Below are positions 8,062 to 17,103 of a stretch of 64,000 bases of DNA, in pieces. The notes beneath the pieces are model-generated. The model did not search any database. It was not told the DNA's origin and was given only the letters and a program-made list of their open reading frames with translations. The stretch is taken from the sequence record OR413581.1. One strand, given 5' to 3'. The first letter of the stretch is position 1, and every line of letters starts with the position of its first letter. The translations under genes and the position numbers were made by a program.

Positions 8062-8310
8062 ATGCAAAAAACAATCATCGGAATAACGGTTGGTTCTTTC
8101 TGTGGCTTCCCTACCCCACAAACAGAACCCCAATATTTGGGCGCAGGCAAACCTGACCCGGAAGTCCGTAAGTTGCGCGAAGAAGCAAAAGCCAGAGTTC
8201 TTACTGAGCTGGAATCGTTGCTTCAGTCTCCGGTTATTTCACAATGGGGTATGGCAATAGATGTCACTAGAACTGATCGACGAGGCTATTATCTCCCACG
8301 ACTTGTTTAA
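8062..8310 (+). CDS. Hypothetical protein
   Basis: Abuts upstream stop (TAAATG); SD AAGGA. Confidence 0.65.
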   Translation: MQKTIIGITVGSFCGFPTPQTEPQYLGAGKPDPEVRKLREEAKARVLTELESLLQSPVISQWGMAIDVTRTDRRGYYLPRLV

Positions 8311-8761
8311 CGCGCCTGAGCGCTTCAAGGTCGTTACAGTTAACTGTGTTGGTGCAATGGGAAGGGGCATTGCTTTGGCGTGCCGAGAACGCTTCCCATC
8401 GCTTTATAATGACTATCGCCAGAAATGTCGTAAAGAGCAAATCGTTATCGGTGAGGTCTATTGTTATCCTGAGGAAGGGGTAATACTCCTTCCTACTAAA
8501 ACCCATTTTCGCTATAAATCGCAGATTTACTATGTCACGTCCGGCATTGATGCGCTGGCGCGACTAGGGGAAGACTTAGAAGGAGGGATTGCGATACCGC
8601 CCCTAGGGATGGCTAACGGTTGGTTACGTTACCATGAGCGATTGGAAATCTTTATACACTTACAGAAACGACTACAGCACACGGAGCAGACTTATCGATT
8701 CTATTTACCGGACACCCTGCTGAGGGAAGCAGAGAAAATCATCCCAAATAGTTTCAAATAG
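8261..8761 (+). CDS. DarG/TARG1-type macrodomain (ADP-ribosyl hydrolase)
   Basis: TVNCVGAMGRGIA...RFP...LPTKTHF...IAIPPLGMANG closely follows DarG macrodomain motifs, including the catalytic Lys of (F/L)PTK. Confidence 0.88.
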   Translation: MSLELIDEAIISHDLFNAPERFKVVTVNCVGAMGRGIALACRERFPSLYNDYRQKCRKEQIVIGEVYCYPEEGVILLPTKTHFRYKSQIYYVTSGIDALARLGEDLEGGIAIPPLGMANGWLRYHERLEIFIHLQKRLQHTEQTYRFYLPDTLLREAEKIIPNSFK

Positions 8762-8777
8762 ATATTATCATCAGGGC
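8745..8777 (+). promoter_or_regulatory. Early-type promoter motif (copy 3)
   Basis: CAAATAGTTTCAAATAGATATTATCATCAGGGC shares AGATATTATC with copies at 17846 and 25401. Confidence 0.55.
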
Positions 8778-8795
8778 ACATTACAAAGGAGCACA

Positions 8796-8840
8796 ATGCC
8801 GTCCGCGCCGTCTTCCCGGATTGGGAACGGAAAAGTATAA
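8796..8840 (+). CDS. Putative 14-aa leader peptide MPSAPSSRIGNGKV
   Basis: Strong SD AAAGGAG (8785-8791) 4 nt before ATG; stop TAA 8838-8840. Confidence 0.4.
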   Translation: MPSAPSSRIGNGKV

Positions 8841-8860
8841 ATCCGTTTGGAGATACATCC

Positions 8861-9583
8861 ATGTTTCGCACCATTTTATTTCTTCTGGTAGCAATGACTA
8901 CGTTCAACAGCAACGCTTCTTACCAGACCACCAGTAACAAACACCAAAAAGAATTCGTCCTTATCCAGGACCAGTTCAATGAGATTAAACCTCTCATCGT
9001 CACCGCATCTCGAAAACAAGGCGTACATGCCGGGATGCTCGCGACCACCATTTATCGTGAATCCCGTTTTAATAAAAACGTGGGTAAGAATAAATCGAGC
9101 AGTGCTAGTAGTGTTGTCCAAATGACGACAGGCACTAAACGCTCCATGATACGTCTGTATGGGAAACAACTTAACATCCCAAAGAATGCGGACCTTAATA
9201 AACCGAAGTATGCTGTACAGCTTGCTGCCGTTTACATGAAACACATCGAGGATCATCTGACAAAACAACTCAAACGCAAGCCGAGCACAGCCGAAATCGC
9301 TTTAGGCTACCGCTTCGGTGAGGGTGCTGCTGTTGCGATGATTAAAAAGAAATCACCGGTCGGGAAACGCTGGATGGCCAGCTACCGAAAAGACGCAGCA
9401 TTCTACGGTGCGAAAATGACACCACCGAAAGCTGAAACACGTCAGCTTGCTTTTGCGAAGGAAGACCACGACCAACGCGTCGCCGAACTTCAGAAAATCT
9501 GGGATACGCTGTACACCAAAATATCACCTGCGGCCGGTACATTACTGGCAAATAACACTATCATGAAAGGAGCATTGCTTTGA
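8861..9583 (+). CDS. Secreted soluble lytic transglycosylase (SLT/lysozyme-like fold)
   Basis: Signal peptide; IYRESRF catalytic Glu; SSVVQM and YRFG variants of GLMQ and YNAG motifs; SD GGAG. Confidence 0.82.
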   Translation: MFRTILFLLVAMTTFNSNASYQTTSNKHQKEFVLIQDQFNEIKPLIVTASRKQGVHAGMLATTIYRESRFNKNVGKNKSSSASSVVQMTTGTKRSMIRLYGKQLNIPKNADLNKPKYAVQLAAVYMKHIEDHLTKQLKRKPSTAEIALGYRFGEGAAVAMIKKKSPVGKRWMASYRKDAAFYGAKMTPPKAETRQLAFAKEDHDQRVAELQKIWDTLYTKISPAAGTLLANNTIMKGALL

Positions 9584-10173
9584 CACTCGTAACACGCCCC
9601 TGGTATCCAGGTCTTAAAACAGCCGCACAAATCACCGCCAAAGACGTTTACGAACTGATTCGCGCGGGTGCGGAACACGTTCAAACCAATCCGAACTACG
9701 TTGAGCGTCCTATCGGTGAAGTCGATGGGGAAGCTGTCGAAGCACCTGTCTACGTTGAGTACGGCGAATGGTTCGCAGAGAACCACGGTTTCTACGACGC
9801 GTTAAACGCGGCGTTTGGTGATGACGAAGACGAAGGTATCGAATTCGACTGGAACGTTAATCTGGCGCTGATGTGGATTTGTGGTTTACGTCCAGCAATT
9901 AACGAAACCGAAGCAGGCTTCGTGCTGACGTGGCGACAGTCGGCGGGTTACGATAAAGAACTCGACTTCAAACAGGCGTATATGGATGTGTCGATTGCAC
10001 TGCAGAAACTGTTCTTCGGCGATCGTGCTTTCTGCCAGCTCAGCTGGTTGACCATCCTGGAAAAACTGGCAACGTGCCACAAACTGTGGCGAGCAGAAGA
10101 TGCCCCAGAACATCTTTTCGTGCTCGAATATGCAGTGGTACCGAACCAGCCGTTCTTTGAGGCCGAAGCGTAA
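9580..10173 (+). CDS. Hypothetical protein
   Basis: TTGA overlap, SD AAAGGAG. Confidence 0.75.
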   Translation: MTLVTRPWYPGLKTAAQITAKDVYELIRAGAEHVQTNPNYVERPIGEVDGEAVEAPVYVEYGEWFAENHGFYDALNAAFGDDEDEGIEFDWNVNLALMWICGLRPAINETEAGFVLTWRQSAGYDKELDFKQAYMDVSIALQKLFFGDRAFCQLSWLTILEKLATCHKLWRAEDAPEHLFVLEYAVVPNQPFFEAEA

Positions 10174-10178
10174 TTAAC

Positions 10179-10211
10179 GGTCAGACCTTCGGGTCTGACC
10201 ACCTTTTATTT
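10179..10211 (+). terminator. Intrinsic terminator
   Basis: GGTCAGACC-TTCG-GGTCTGACC then ACCTTTTATTT. Confidence 0.85.
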
Positions 10212-10224
10212 AATTCTTGGGTGT

Positions 10225-10491
10225 GTGTTCGTGAAACGTTTAATAAATATTCTCTACTGGATGGAGAAACGCTATAGCCACAACATTCCGATGATGTATA
10301 GTTTGTTATTCTCTACGGTAATGCTGGTGATCGGTGCGATTGTCGCGCATCTGATGGAACTCACGTCTCCATGGGCGCAACTCTTTCTTACCATCTGGAT
10401 GTTGTTCTCAGGCTACCACATACGTGGTTTCATAACCCGATTCTTTCGCTGGCGGAGTACCTGGCACGTCTTTAATTCCGACCGTAACTAG
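10225..10491 (+). CDS. Two-TM membrane protein
   Basis: Two hydrophobic helices, basic C-terminus; start uncertain. Confidence 0.65.
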   Translation: MFVKRLINILYWMEKRYSHNIPMMYSLLFSTVMLVIGAIVAHLMELTSPWAQLFLTIWMLFSGYHIRGFITRFFRWRSTWHVFNSDRN

Positions 10492-10551
10492 TTTTTTACA
10501 GCAGTAACTAATCATCTGAAAATACCATTGACTTTTATAAGGACTATTAAC

Positions 10552-11685
10552 ATGCAATTTCCAATTTCCGTAATCGAAGATATGGCTCGTGTAGTACGTG
10601 ACCGTGCGTATGTGCTTAGCTACGAAGGTATTCGTGCATATTCAGAAGCTCTGATTGCACAACACGTCACTGGCACCGGTGTTATCAACCCGGATCTTTA
10701 CAATGCGCTGGTCGATAACAATGTGGAGGCTTATCTGCCGCTGCCGCACCTGCGTAATAAGTTGTGCCTTTCTTCTCAAACTCTTCAGTTTGATAACCTG
10801 CCGCCACTGAAATATTCGCCAGATGACCGTTGGGGAAGTATGCTGGGTGTAGCTTTCCAAAATTGCCACGCGCCTTATAACTGGTCTATTCTCGTTGAAG
10901 GTGTTGATGGTGTCTGGTATGCCATTGCACATTCTGACGGATTCTTCTTCGAACCAGGTGAGCTGATTAAACCAGTAAGTGCCCCACAAGGTCGTGCTAA
11001 GGTTGGGCATTGTTACATTGAATCGACTCATGTCCAGTGGACTATCGAAGACTGGCGTGCTGCCTCCGTTATCTTCGGTGACGGTAAACCACACTCAGTT
11101 ACTTTCGAGCGTTGTGAAGCAGAGCATGTTGAAGAGACTGACAATGACGAAGTGGGAGATCGTTACGCGCCGCTGGAAGAGTGTCGTAACATCGCGAACA
11201 TCGACTGGGTGAAAGTCTTTACGGCCAACCCCGGTTTCCGTGGTCAGACTATCAACCCCGGCGAAGTAACCTGGGAAGGTTTCGTACAACTCGCAGATAA
11301 ACTCGGTTATGACGTGTGGGATTACACCTACAAACGTCCATACCCGAATGCGTCGGAAGATGAAGACCACGATGAAATCATTCTGGAAAACCTGGCTGAT
11401 ATCGAAAACGTGTTCATCGATGATGAAATCTTCATCACCCTCGGCATTGAGCGTCCGAAATCAACCGCATATCCGGTATCGGTTGCCAGCGTTATTCAGG
11501 AACTGGGCAAGATGCAGGAGCAGACCGTCGAAGTGAAAATCGACGAAGAGCAAATGCATATCGTTGCACAGGTACAGAAAACTCTGAACCTGGATAAACT
11601 GTACGCGGAAATCCGCAAGCTGCCGAAAAAGAAACGTACTGCTGCCACAATCAAAGCAATGGTACGCGATATCATCGGTAAATAA
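10552..11685 (+). CDS. Hypothetical protein
   Basis: Long open frame with phage-like codon usage; SD AAGGA supports ATG 10552. Confidence 0.85.
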   Translation: MQFPISVIEDMARVVRDRAYVLSYEGIRAYSEALIAQHVTGTGVINPDLYNALVDNNVEAYLPLPHLRNKLCLSSQTLQFDNLPPLKYSPDDRWGSMLGVAFQNCHAPYNWSILVEGVDGVWYAIAHSDGFFFEPGELIKPVSAPQGRAKVGHCYIESTHVQWTIEDWRAASVIFGDGKPHSVTFERCEAEHVEETDNDEVGDRYAPLEECRNIANIDWVKVFTANPGFRGQTINPGEVTWEGFVQLADKLGYDVWDYTYKRPYPNASEDEDHDEIILENLADIENVFIDDEIFITLGIERPKSTAYPVSVASVIQELGKMQEQTVEVKIDEEQMHIVAQVQKTLNLDKLYAEIRKLPKKKRTAATIKAMVRDIIGK

Positions 11686-11691
11686 TGCGAT

Positions 11692-11741
11692 AAAAAATAA
11701 AAGCCTACCTACTCCCAAGGGAGTAGGTAGTTCTTTTTTTT
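11692..11741. terminator. Bidirectional terminator
   Basis: CTACCTACTCC-CAAG-GGAGTAGGTAG with an A-tract before and T-tract after, between convergent genes. Confidence 0.9.
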
Positions 11742-11743
11742 CT

Positions 11744-12367
11744 TTAATTTGTTAACCCGTTATCTTTCAGGATTTTCAACATCGCATCATTCAACGCCTG
11801 CAGTTCTTGATTCTGCTTAGTGAGTGTTGCAACTTGTTCTGTCAGAGGAACCTGCTCACGGATTTTGGCTTTACGCACCGCTTCCATTTGCAAGTGTTCT
11901 TCTTCCGTCACCGTCCCTTCGTAATCCATCGATGTGATGTCCACACGTGCATCGATTCCTAAACCGCGTTCTAAGATGCTTTTCAGGTCGTTCGTTAGCA
12001 GTGTGACATCGACGTATTCGGGTATTAATGCCAGGTCAATAACCACCACATTGCGTCTATAATTTAACCCGTTCAGTCCAGGATACGTCTCAATGTACGT
12101 ATCAGGCAACTCGTAGACTTGACCGTCCCTCGACTTTAATGTTACAATCGAGGCTTCGACATTAGCGTCGCTGATATAGTCGTCACGAGTTAGGCCGACA
12201 GGTTTATAATACTTGTTATAAACGTCAATATTATTACGTTGGAGTTTCGGAAAGTTCTGTACCGCGTCAACACGATAAATCACTTTATCCGGCAACGTAT
12301 AAGGTGCCTTAACCTTGAACAACCCCTCAAGGTTAACCTGAGGCGTGTTAGGCAACAGTTGTGCCAT
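11744..12367 (-). CDS. Putative virion structural protein
   Basis: 207-aa ORF with SD GGAGGG; co-oriented with the structural gene at 12378; synteny with SPN3US-like gp202 (recalled). Confidence 0.6.
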   Translation of the reverse strand: MAQLLPNTPQVNLEGLFKVKAPYTLPDKVIYRVDAVQNFPKLQRNNIDVYNKYYKPVGLTRDDYISDANVEASIVTLKSRDGQVYELPDTYIETYPGLNGLNYRRNVVVIDLALIPEYVDVTLLTNDLKSILERGLGIDARVDITSMDYEGTVTEEEHLQMEAVRKAKIREQVPLTEQVATLTKQNQELQALNDAMLKILKDNGLTN

Positions 12368-12377
12368 TTAACCCTCC

Positions 12378-13757
12378 TTAGGCTTCTGGCTCTGCCGCAG
12401 GGACATCCCAAACAGCTTTGCGGGCCAAGACACGATACTCCACGTTATCGAATTCGAAGACGTAGAAGTAAACGTTAGGATCGACGTCGTCTACGAGCTT
12501 CACGATATCCAGCGGGGTGGAATGTGGGTGATACTCTTCCGCTGCGATTAACGCCTGGAAGAACAAGTCCAGCCACTCGGTGGTTTTCTTCGACATTCTC
12601 GCAATATCTGCATTGTTAGTGCCGATTAATGCGTAGTCGGGAATCGTATCGTGCAGGGTCGTTTTGCGTGAATCGTTTTCAGGGCCTGCGATAACTACAG
12701 CGTTTAGTGATTTATAGATGGACGGTAAATCCGTTACATCGGTAGTTGGAGTTGAGATTGCTCCACTATTTTTTTCCGTAATGGTTTGAACAGTCCACTC
12801 CCCAAATCGGGAGATTGCTTTGACCCAGAAATCATATGGGAGAATCGGCGAGTATAATGCCGCAACGTCTTCCTCATTTGGAATCCCACGAATTGACCAA
12901 CCGGGAACAATTGTGAACTTGGTGGTCGTAAAGATTTCTGGGAACACCTTGACACCCAATGCCACAGTAAAACTGGAGTTTGCCAAAATGTAATCACGCA
13001 ACGCTTGTTTAATCCTGCTCGGGTTACGACCCGCGCGTCCGTAGATGATAGCCGACATCGGTATCGGTAAGGTGGAATCAAAGTCTTCCTGGTCGTGCCA
13101 AGTATAGATGTTAGTAATCAGGCTAGTGTACGGATAACCGTCAGCTAATTCGTTAATCTTATTATGGTGATCCGGAAGGTTGAACCCTTCCATTGCCTTT
13201 TCGACTACAGATTTCACAGCCAAGAAAGTATCAACCGGTAATATCGGCATTTGGACTTCAATTTCAAATCCGGTATAGTCCTGATTGAAATCTTCATCAG
13301 CAAACCAGAGAATAATCTGGTTATTCACATCAGATGGGTCTTCGACTTTATCTGCTGTGGTTTCAAGTTTCCAACTGACCCAACGTGGGAACCAGTTACT
13401 GTTAGTCTGAATCATCGCGCCAGACTGAACACCGCTGATGACGCTATTAAATTGCCCCAACAGCAAACGCTGGAATTCAACTTCGTCGTTTCTTAAGTTG
13501 CCCAGGATAGACTGTTGGTAGATCCATTGGGAAACAGTAAGAACGTGGTCGCTAAAGACGGCCGGGGTCTTAATAGGCAACTCGTCACGTTTAGAAGTAA
13601 AAGCAACCAGTTCCACCTGCAGATTTTCTTTAGTAAAATACTGCTTGCTTTTAGCGAACGAATATGACAGCTCAGACAACTCACCTACCGGAGCGGTGTT
13701 GCCAGGGCCATTATCAATCAGAGCCGCTATTTGAATAAAGCCTTGTAAATCATACAT
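12378..13757 (-). CDS. Virion structural protein (tail/baseplate)
   Basis: 459 aa; N-terminus MYDLQGFIQIAALIDNGPGNTAPVGELS resembles a conserved phiKZ-like structural family; synteny with gp203 (recalled). Confidence 0.65.
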   Translation of the reverse strand: MYDLQGFIQIAALIDNGPGNTAPVGELSELSYSFAKSKQYFTKENLQVELVAFTSKRDELPIKTPAVFSDHVLTVSQWIYQQSILGNLRNDEVEFQRLLLGQFNSVISGVQSGAMIQTNSNWFPRWVSWKLETTADKVEDPSDVNNQIILWFADEDFNQDYTGFEIEVQMPILPVDTFLAVKSVVEKAMEGFNLPDHHNKINELADGYPYTSLITNIYTWHDQEDFDSTLPIPMSAIIYGRAGRNPSRIKQALRDYILANSSFTVALGVKVFPEIFTTTKFTIVPGWSIRGIPNEEDVAALYSPILPYDFWVKAISRFGEWTVQTITEKNSGAISTPTTDVTDLPSIYKSLNAVVIAGPENDSRKTTLHDTIPDYALIGTNNADIARMSKKTTEWLDLFFQALIAAEEYHPHSTPLDIVKLVDDVDPNVYFYVFEFDNVEYRVLARKAVWDVPAAEPEA

Positions 13758-13781
13758 AATTAAAAACTCTCCGAGGTGAGC

Positions 13782-14291
13782 ATGATAGCATCAGTTTTCA
13801 AACTGCTTCCATTCTTACAGATGCTGTGGGAAGCATTTAAACCGGGCGAGGGGGAGAAAGTAACACGAGCCGGGAAAATAGTGACACTAGTGATAGTGGC
13901 ACTGATCGCGTTCTCTGCATTTGTCTCATATGCCTATATTGTTCAATACCACACACTGGTTAGCGTTCAATCGCGTACTCAGTATCTGGAGATATCCTAT
14001 AAGGAGCTAAAAGAGAAGTCCGATCATAGCGAAGTGGAGAACAATAAGTTGTACGATCGTCTCTTCACGTGCCTGGGTTCTCGACCGCCATATGATGGTA
14101 CCAAATCTCCAACAGGAACAGGCACTGGGGCCGCGGTTCCGCCTGTAGAACTCAAGCCGGTAACACCGCCGGCACCGTTAAATCCGTCTAGCCCACCTGC
14201 CAAGAAATACCAGGCCGCTTCTCGCCCGGTAGGGTCGCAGGAGGCAAATGATTTCCGACAGGAGATTATCAGTACGCTTAATAATCCATGA
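13782..14291 (+). CDS. Candidate inner-membrane spanin (Rz-like)
   Basis: N-terminal TM helix, coiled-coil segment, Pro-rich C-terminus; immediately upstream of a lipoprotein; SD GAGGTG supports ATG 13782. Confidence 0.5.
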   Translation: MIASVFKLLPFLQMLWEAFKPGEGEKVTRAGKIVTLVIVALIAFSAFVSYAYIVQYHTLVSVQSRTQYLEISYKELKEKSDHSEVENNKLYDRLFTCLGSRPPYDGTKSPTGTGTGAAVPPVELKPVTPPAPLNPSSPPAKKYQAASRPVGSQEANDFRQEIISTLNNP

Positions 14292-14300
14292 GGAGCATAC

Positions 14301-14780
14301 ATGAAGTTATTTTTGGTGGCGATACTGGTGCTATTGTTGACAGGATGTCCTGGGGTCATCCGTCACGTAGACCCAGATTACTCCTCAACCGGAGATTGGC
14401 CTTTTCGTCCTTTAGAACACCCACCAGTTTATGCTGGTGGGAACAGTCCTGAGGCGAAAAAGCTGGCAGGGAAAATGTTTGTTGCGGATGTGAACGCTTA
14501 TGCTTATTACGTTTATCTGTACGCTAAGTCGTTGAACAATTACGCAGAAGCTAAGGGGTGGCGCACCCCGATGGCCGCACCGCTTTGTGAAGAGTTTATT
14601 CGCCCCACTCTTCATGATATACCCTCCGGGATATATCTCGACCCTGGTTCTCGTAGCCCTCAGGACATTAGTCGTGATTTGTCACGACAGATTAAGTCTC
14701 TCATTCGCAGCTATCGCGAAGACAGAGAGTCTTTTAATCATGCCTACGAACGGCACAAAAGTAGTTGCCTTGTGCAATGA
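14301..14780 (+). CDS. Lipoprotein, candidate outer-membrane spanin (Rz1-like)
   Basis: MKLFLVAILVLLLTG-C lipobox; SD GAGGAG. Confidence 0.65.
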   Translation: MKLFLVAILVLLLTGCPGVIRHVDPDYSSTGDWPFRPLEHPPVYAGGNSPEAKKLAGKMFVADVNAYAYYVYLYAKSLNNYAEAKGWRTPMAAPLCEEFIRPTLHDIPSGIYLDPGSRSPQDISRDLSRQIKSLIRSYREDRESFNHAYERHKSSCLVQ

Positions 14781-14785
14781 AAACT

Positions 14786-14823
14786 CCCTCTTACCTTCGG
14801 GTAAGAGGGGATTTCCTTTTTTA
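14786..14823 (+). terminator. Intrinsic terminator
   Basis: CCCTCTTACC-TTCG-GGTAAGAGGG followed by a T-rich tract. Confidence 0.9.
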
Positions 14824-14830
14824 CGTTAAT

Positions 14831-14851
14831 AGTCAATAGTGTGATATATAA
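14831..14851 (+). promoter_or_regulatory. Early-type promoter motif (divergent copy 4)
   Basis: GTGATATATAATCTCGTGGAG just after a terminator and before the exonuclease gene. Confidence 0.4.
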
Positions 14852-14868
14852 TCTCGTGGAGAGTTGAA

Positions 14869-15588
14869 ATGACCTATCCTAAAATTCTGCCTGTTTTAAC
14901 GCCCACCGTTGTTGTTGGGACGGACTTAGAGACCCTGGCTTTACGTCCAGATGCCTACATCTTAACGTTGGCAAACGTGGCATTCGATGTTCCGACAATG
15001 AAAATGATCGGTTCATGTTACCACAAAATCGACCCCAATGATGCAAAAGCAAAAGAAATCTTCTACATCGATCCACAAACGGTCGGTTATTGGGAAGGTA
15101 AAGGCGACCCCGAATACGCACCGAGCGAGAAAGCACGTATTGAAGCGTTTTCTGGGACCACTCCACTGCCAGAAGCACTGTGGGCGGCCAAAAAATGGTT
15201 GGATGATCTGGGCAACGTGAAAATGGTTATCACCATGCGCGGTCCCGATTTCGATGCTCCAATTCTGATGAACGCATTCGCGCAGTGCGATATCCCGCCG
15301 GGCAAGTACCGCAAGTTTTCTATATTGGACTCTGACCGGACTGCAGAACGTATTGCATATGCGTTTGGCCTGGAACCGAACTGGCACGCAGAAGCGCACC
15401 ATTGGACCCGTGGCAAAGAAGCGTACGAGCATAACGCTAGCTTTGATGCTGCGAAGGAAGCGTATTCTACGGCACGCATCTATCATTTGGCCCTGGTCGC
15501 GCGTACGTACGGCTTCGAACGCATGTTAGAAGCCCACCGCGAAATGTGCACAGGTGAATACATTCCACCGCAGTTGCGAGGAGAATAA
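14869..15588 (+). CDS. DEDDh 3'-5' exonuclease (Rv2179c-like)
   Basis: Exo I DLETL, Exo II GPDFDAPIL, Exo III HNASFDA. Confidence 0.85.
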   Translation: MTYPKILPVLTPTVVVGTDLETLALRPDAYILTLANVAFDVPTMKMIGSCYHKIDPNDAKAKEIFYIDPQTVGYWEGKGDPEYAPSEKARIEAFSGTTPLPEALWAAKKWLDDLGNVKMVITMRGPDFDAPILMNAFAQCDIPPGKYRKFSILDSDRTAERIAYAFGLEPNWHAEAHHWTRGKEAYEHNASFDAAKEAYSTARIYHLALVARTYGFERMLEAHREMCTGEYIPPQLRGE

Positions 15589-17102
15589 TGAAAGACGTCG
15601 ACGTAGCGGTTATTTATACCGATGGTAGTCATACTGAGTCCCCGAAAGGTTCGGGGGCTGGTATTCATGGTTATTTATTCAACAACGGAGATTTGGAAGA
15701 CAGTCAGGCTTATAGCCATCCGGGTGTTTCAGAACGGATTACCACTGTTGGATACAAAAAAGTGCCGCAGGATGTGAAGTGTCCGGAGTTGCCGGACACC
15801 GTTCAATTTGTCGACGCCGTTATTCCCGTTCCGAAAGAGTTCTACTCAGATGTGGGCGAGTTAATCGCCTTCATCACGTTGTTTGAGAACGCGCCCTTCC
15901 GCGCGAAGAACTATATCATCTACGTGGATGCCAGTTACGTTGTAAACACTTTTAACGAGTGGATAGACGGCTGGCATAAACGTGGTTGGGTTCGTGCTGA
16001 CGGTACTCCGCTGGCGAACAAAGAACTTATTGTTCGTATCTGGGAAATCAAACAGCAGATGAAAAAAGAAGGACGGGGTGTTAAGGTTATCAAAATCAAA
16101 GGACACTCCGGCCACTACGGTAATGACCGGGCGGACGAATTGGCTAGAAAAGGTTCAGCCATCACAGCGACCAACGACGGCGTTCCATATCAGCCGTACT
16201 GGTCGAAGGATGAGTTGCCTGCATCCGCGGAACCCGAGCCCATCGCCGCTGGGATGAACCTTGCGGCATATCCGCCGATTTGTACGGTTAAATATTGCTA
16301 TCCGTTGGTGAACGAGGACCATCCTACTGTAAAAGTGAAAGATGAAACTTTCTATTACATGTTTGGTGGCAACCATGCAAAGAACAAGGACGACTTGGTG
16401 TTTATTGGGAAAATGATTCCTGATGCACACTTTTCCGTAATGTTCACTAAACAACCGTGGGATAACATCTACACGATTGTAAATACCCACGCCGCCCTGG
16501 CATGGAAAGATACACCGAAGATGCGGCAGTATGATCCAATCGGTGTTATTAACAATGAGTTCGTTAAACGTAAGAAGTTCGTTGATGTGGCAGGTGATGG
16601 ATTACCGGCAGACAAGATGCATTTCAGTGGAGAAGATTCCAATGTCTGGTTCTTTGAAGACCTGGCCATCTCCAGAATGCTTCGCCCGCCCTTATTGTCG
16701 TACCGTGCGCTGGATATTCGTGACGAACTCGCTACAACGTTGCGAGATGTTCTGCATCAGGAAAAGGGTTATGTCTTAAATGATATTACTGACTTGTTGT
16801 TCGATGACAAAGGTAAGCCTGTTAAGGAATACTACCGTAGCGTCGATAAGTCAATAACGTTAAAGATTGACTTTCCGATGGGTAAACGACCTGTCTCGGT
16901 TATTTTGACTCGCGGTATCGATATTCCATCGCGTACGGAAATCAACCGTATTAAAGAACCCGAAGGCCGTTATTACATCGCGGTGTGTCGTCCTGAAAAA
17001 TACTACATCCGTTACTTCTTAATCTATATCGGTAAAGAGTATCATGGGTTGTGGTGTGCGTATTACGCAAACCGTCGCATACTGCGAGAAGAAGAGGTGT
17101 AA
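15588..17102 (+). CDS. rnhA: Ribonuclease HI with C-terminal extension
   Basis: IYTDGS, GELIA, YVDASYV, GW..RGW..ADGTPLANKEL, KGHSGHYGNDRADELA. Confidence 0.93.
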   Translation: MKDVDVAVIYTDGSHTESPKGSGAGIHGYLFNNGDLEDSQAYSHPGVSERITTVGYKKVPQDVKCPELPDTVQFVDAVIPVPKEFYSDVGELIAFITLFENAPFRAKNYIIYVDASYVVNTFNEWIDGWHKRGWVRADGTPLANKELIVRIWEIKQQMKKEGRGVKVIKIKGHSGHYGNDRADELARKGSAITATNDGVPYQPYWSKDELPASAEPEPIAAGMNLAAYPPICTVKYCYPLVNEDHPTVKVKDETFYYMFGGNHAKNKDDLVFIGKMIPDAHFSVMFTKQPWDNIYTIVNTHAALAWKDTPKMRQYDPIGVINNEFVKRKKFVDVAGDGLPADKMHFSGEDSNVWFFEDLAISRMLRPPLLSYRALDIRDELATTLRDVLHQEKGYVLNDITDLLFDDKGKPVKEYYRSVDKSITLKIDFPMGKRPVSVILTRGIDIPSRTEINRIKEPEGRYYIAVCRPEKYYIRYFLIYIGKEYHGLWCAYYANRRILREEEV

Positions 17103-17103
17103 C

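Noticed and set aside
10225-10491. Holin assignment for the two-TM protein near the SLT gene
   Set aside because: Separated from the SLT by a gene and a terminator; no dual-start or other holin-specific evidence; kept as a membrane protein only
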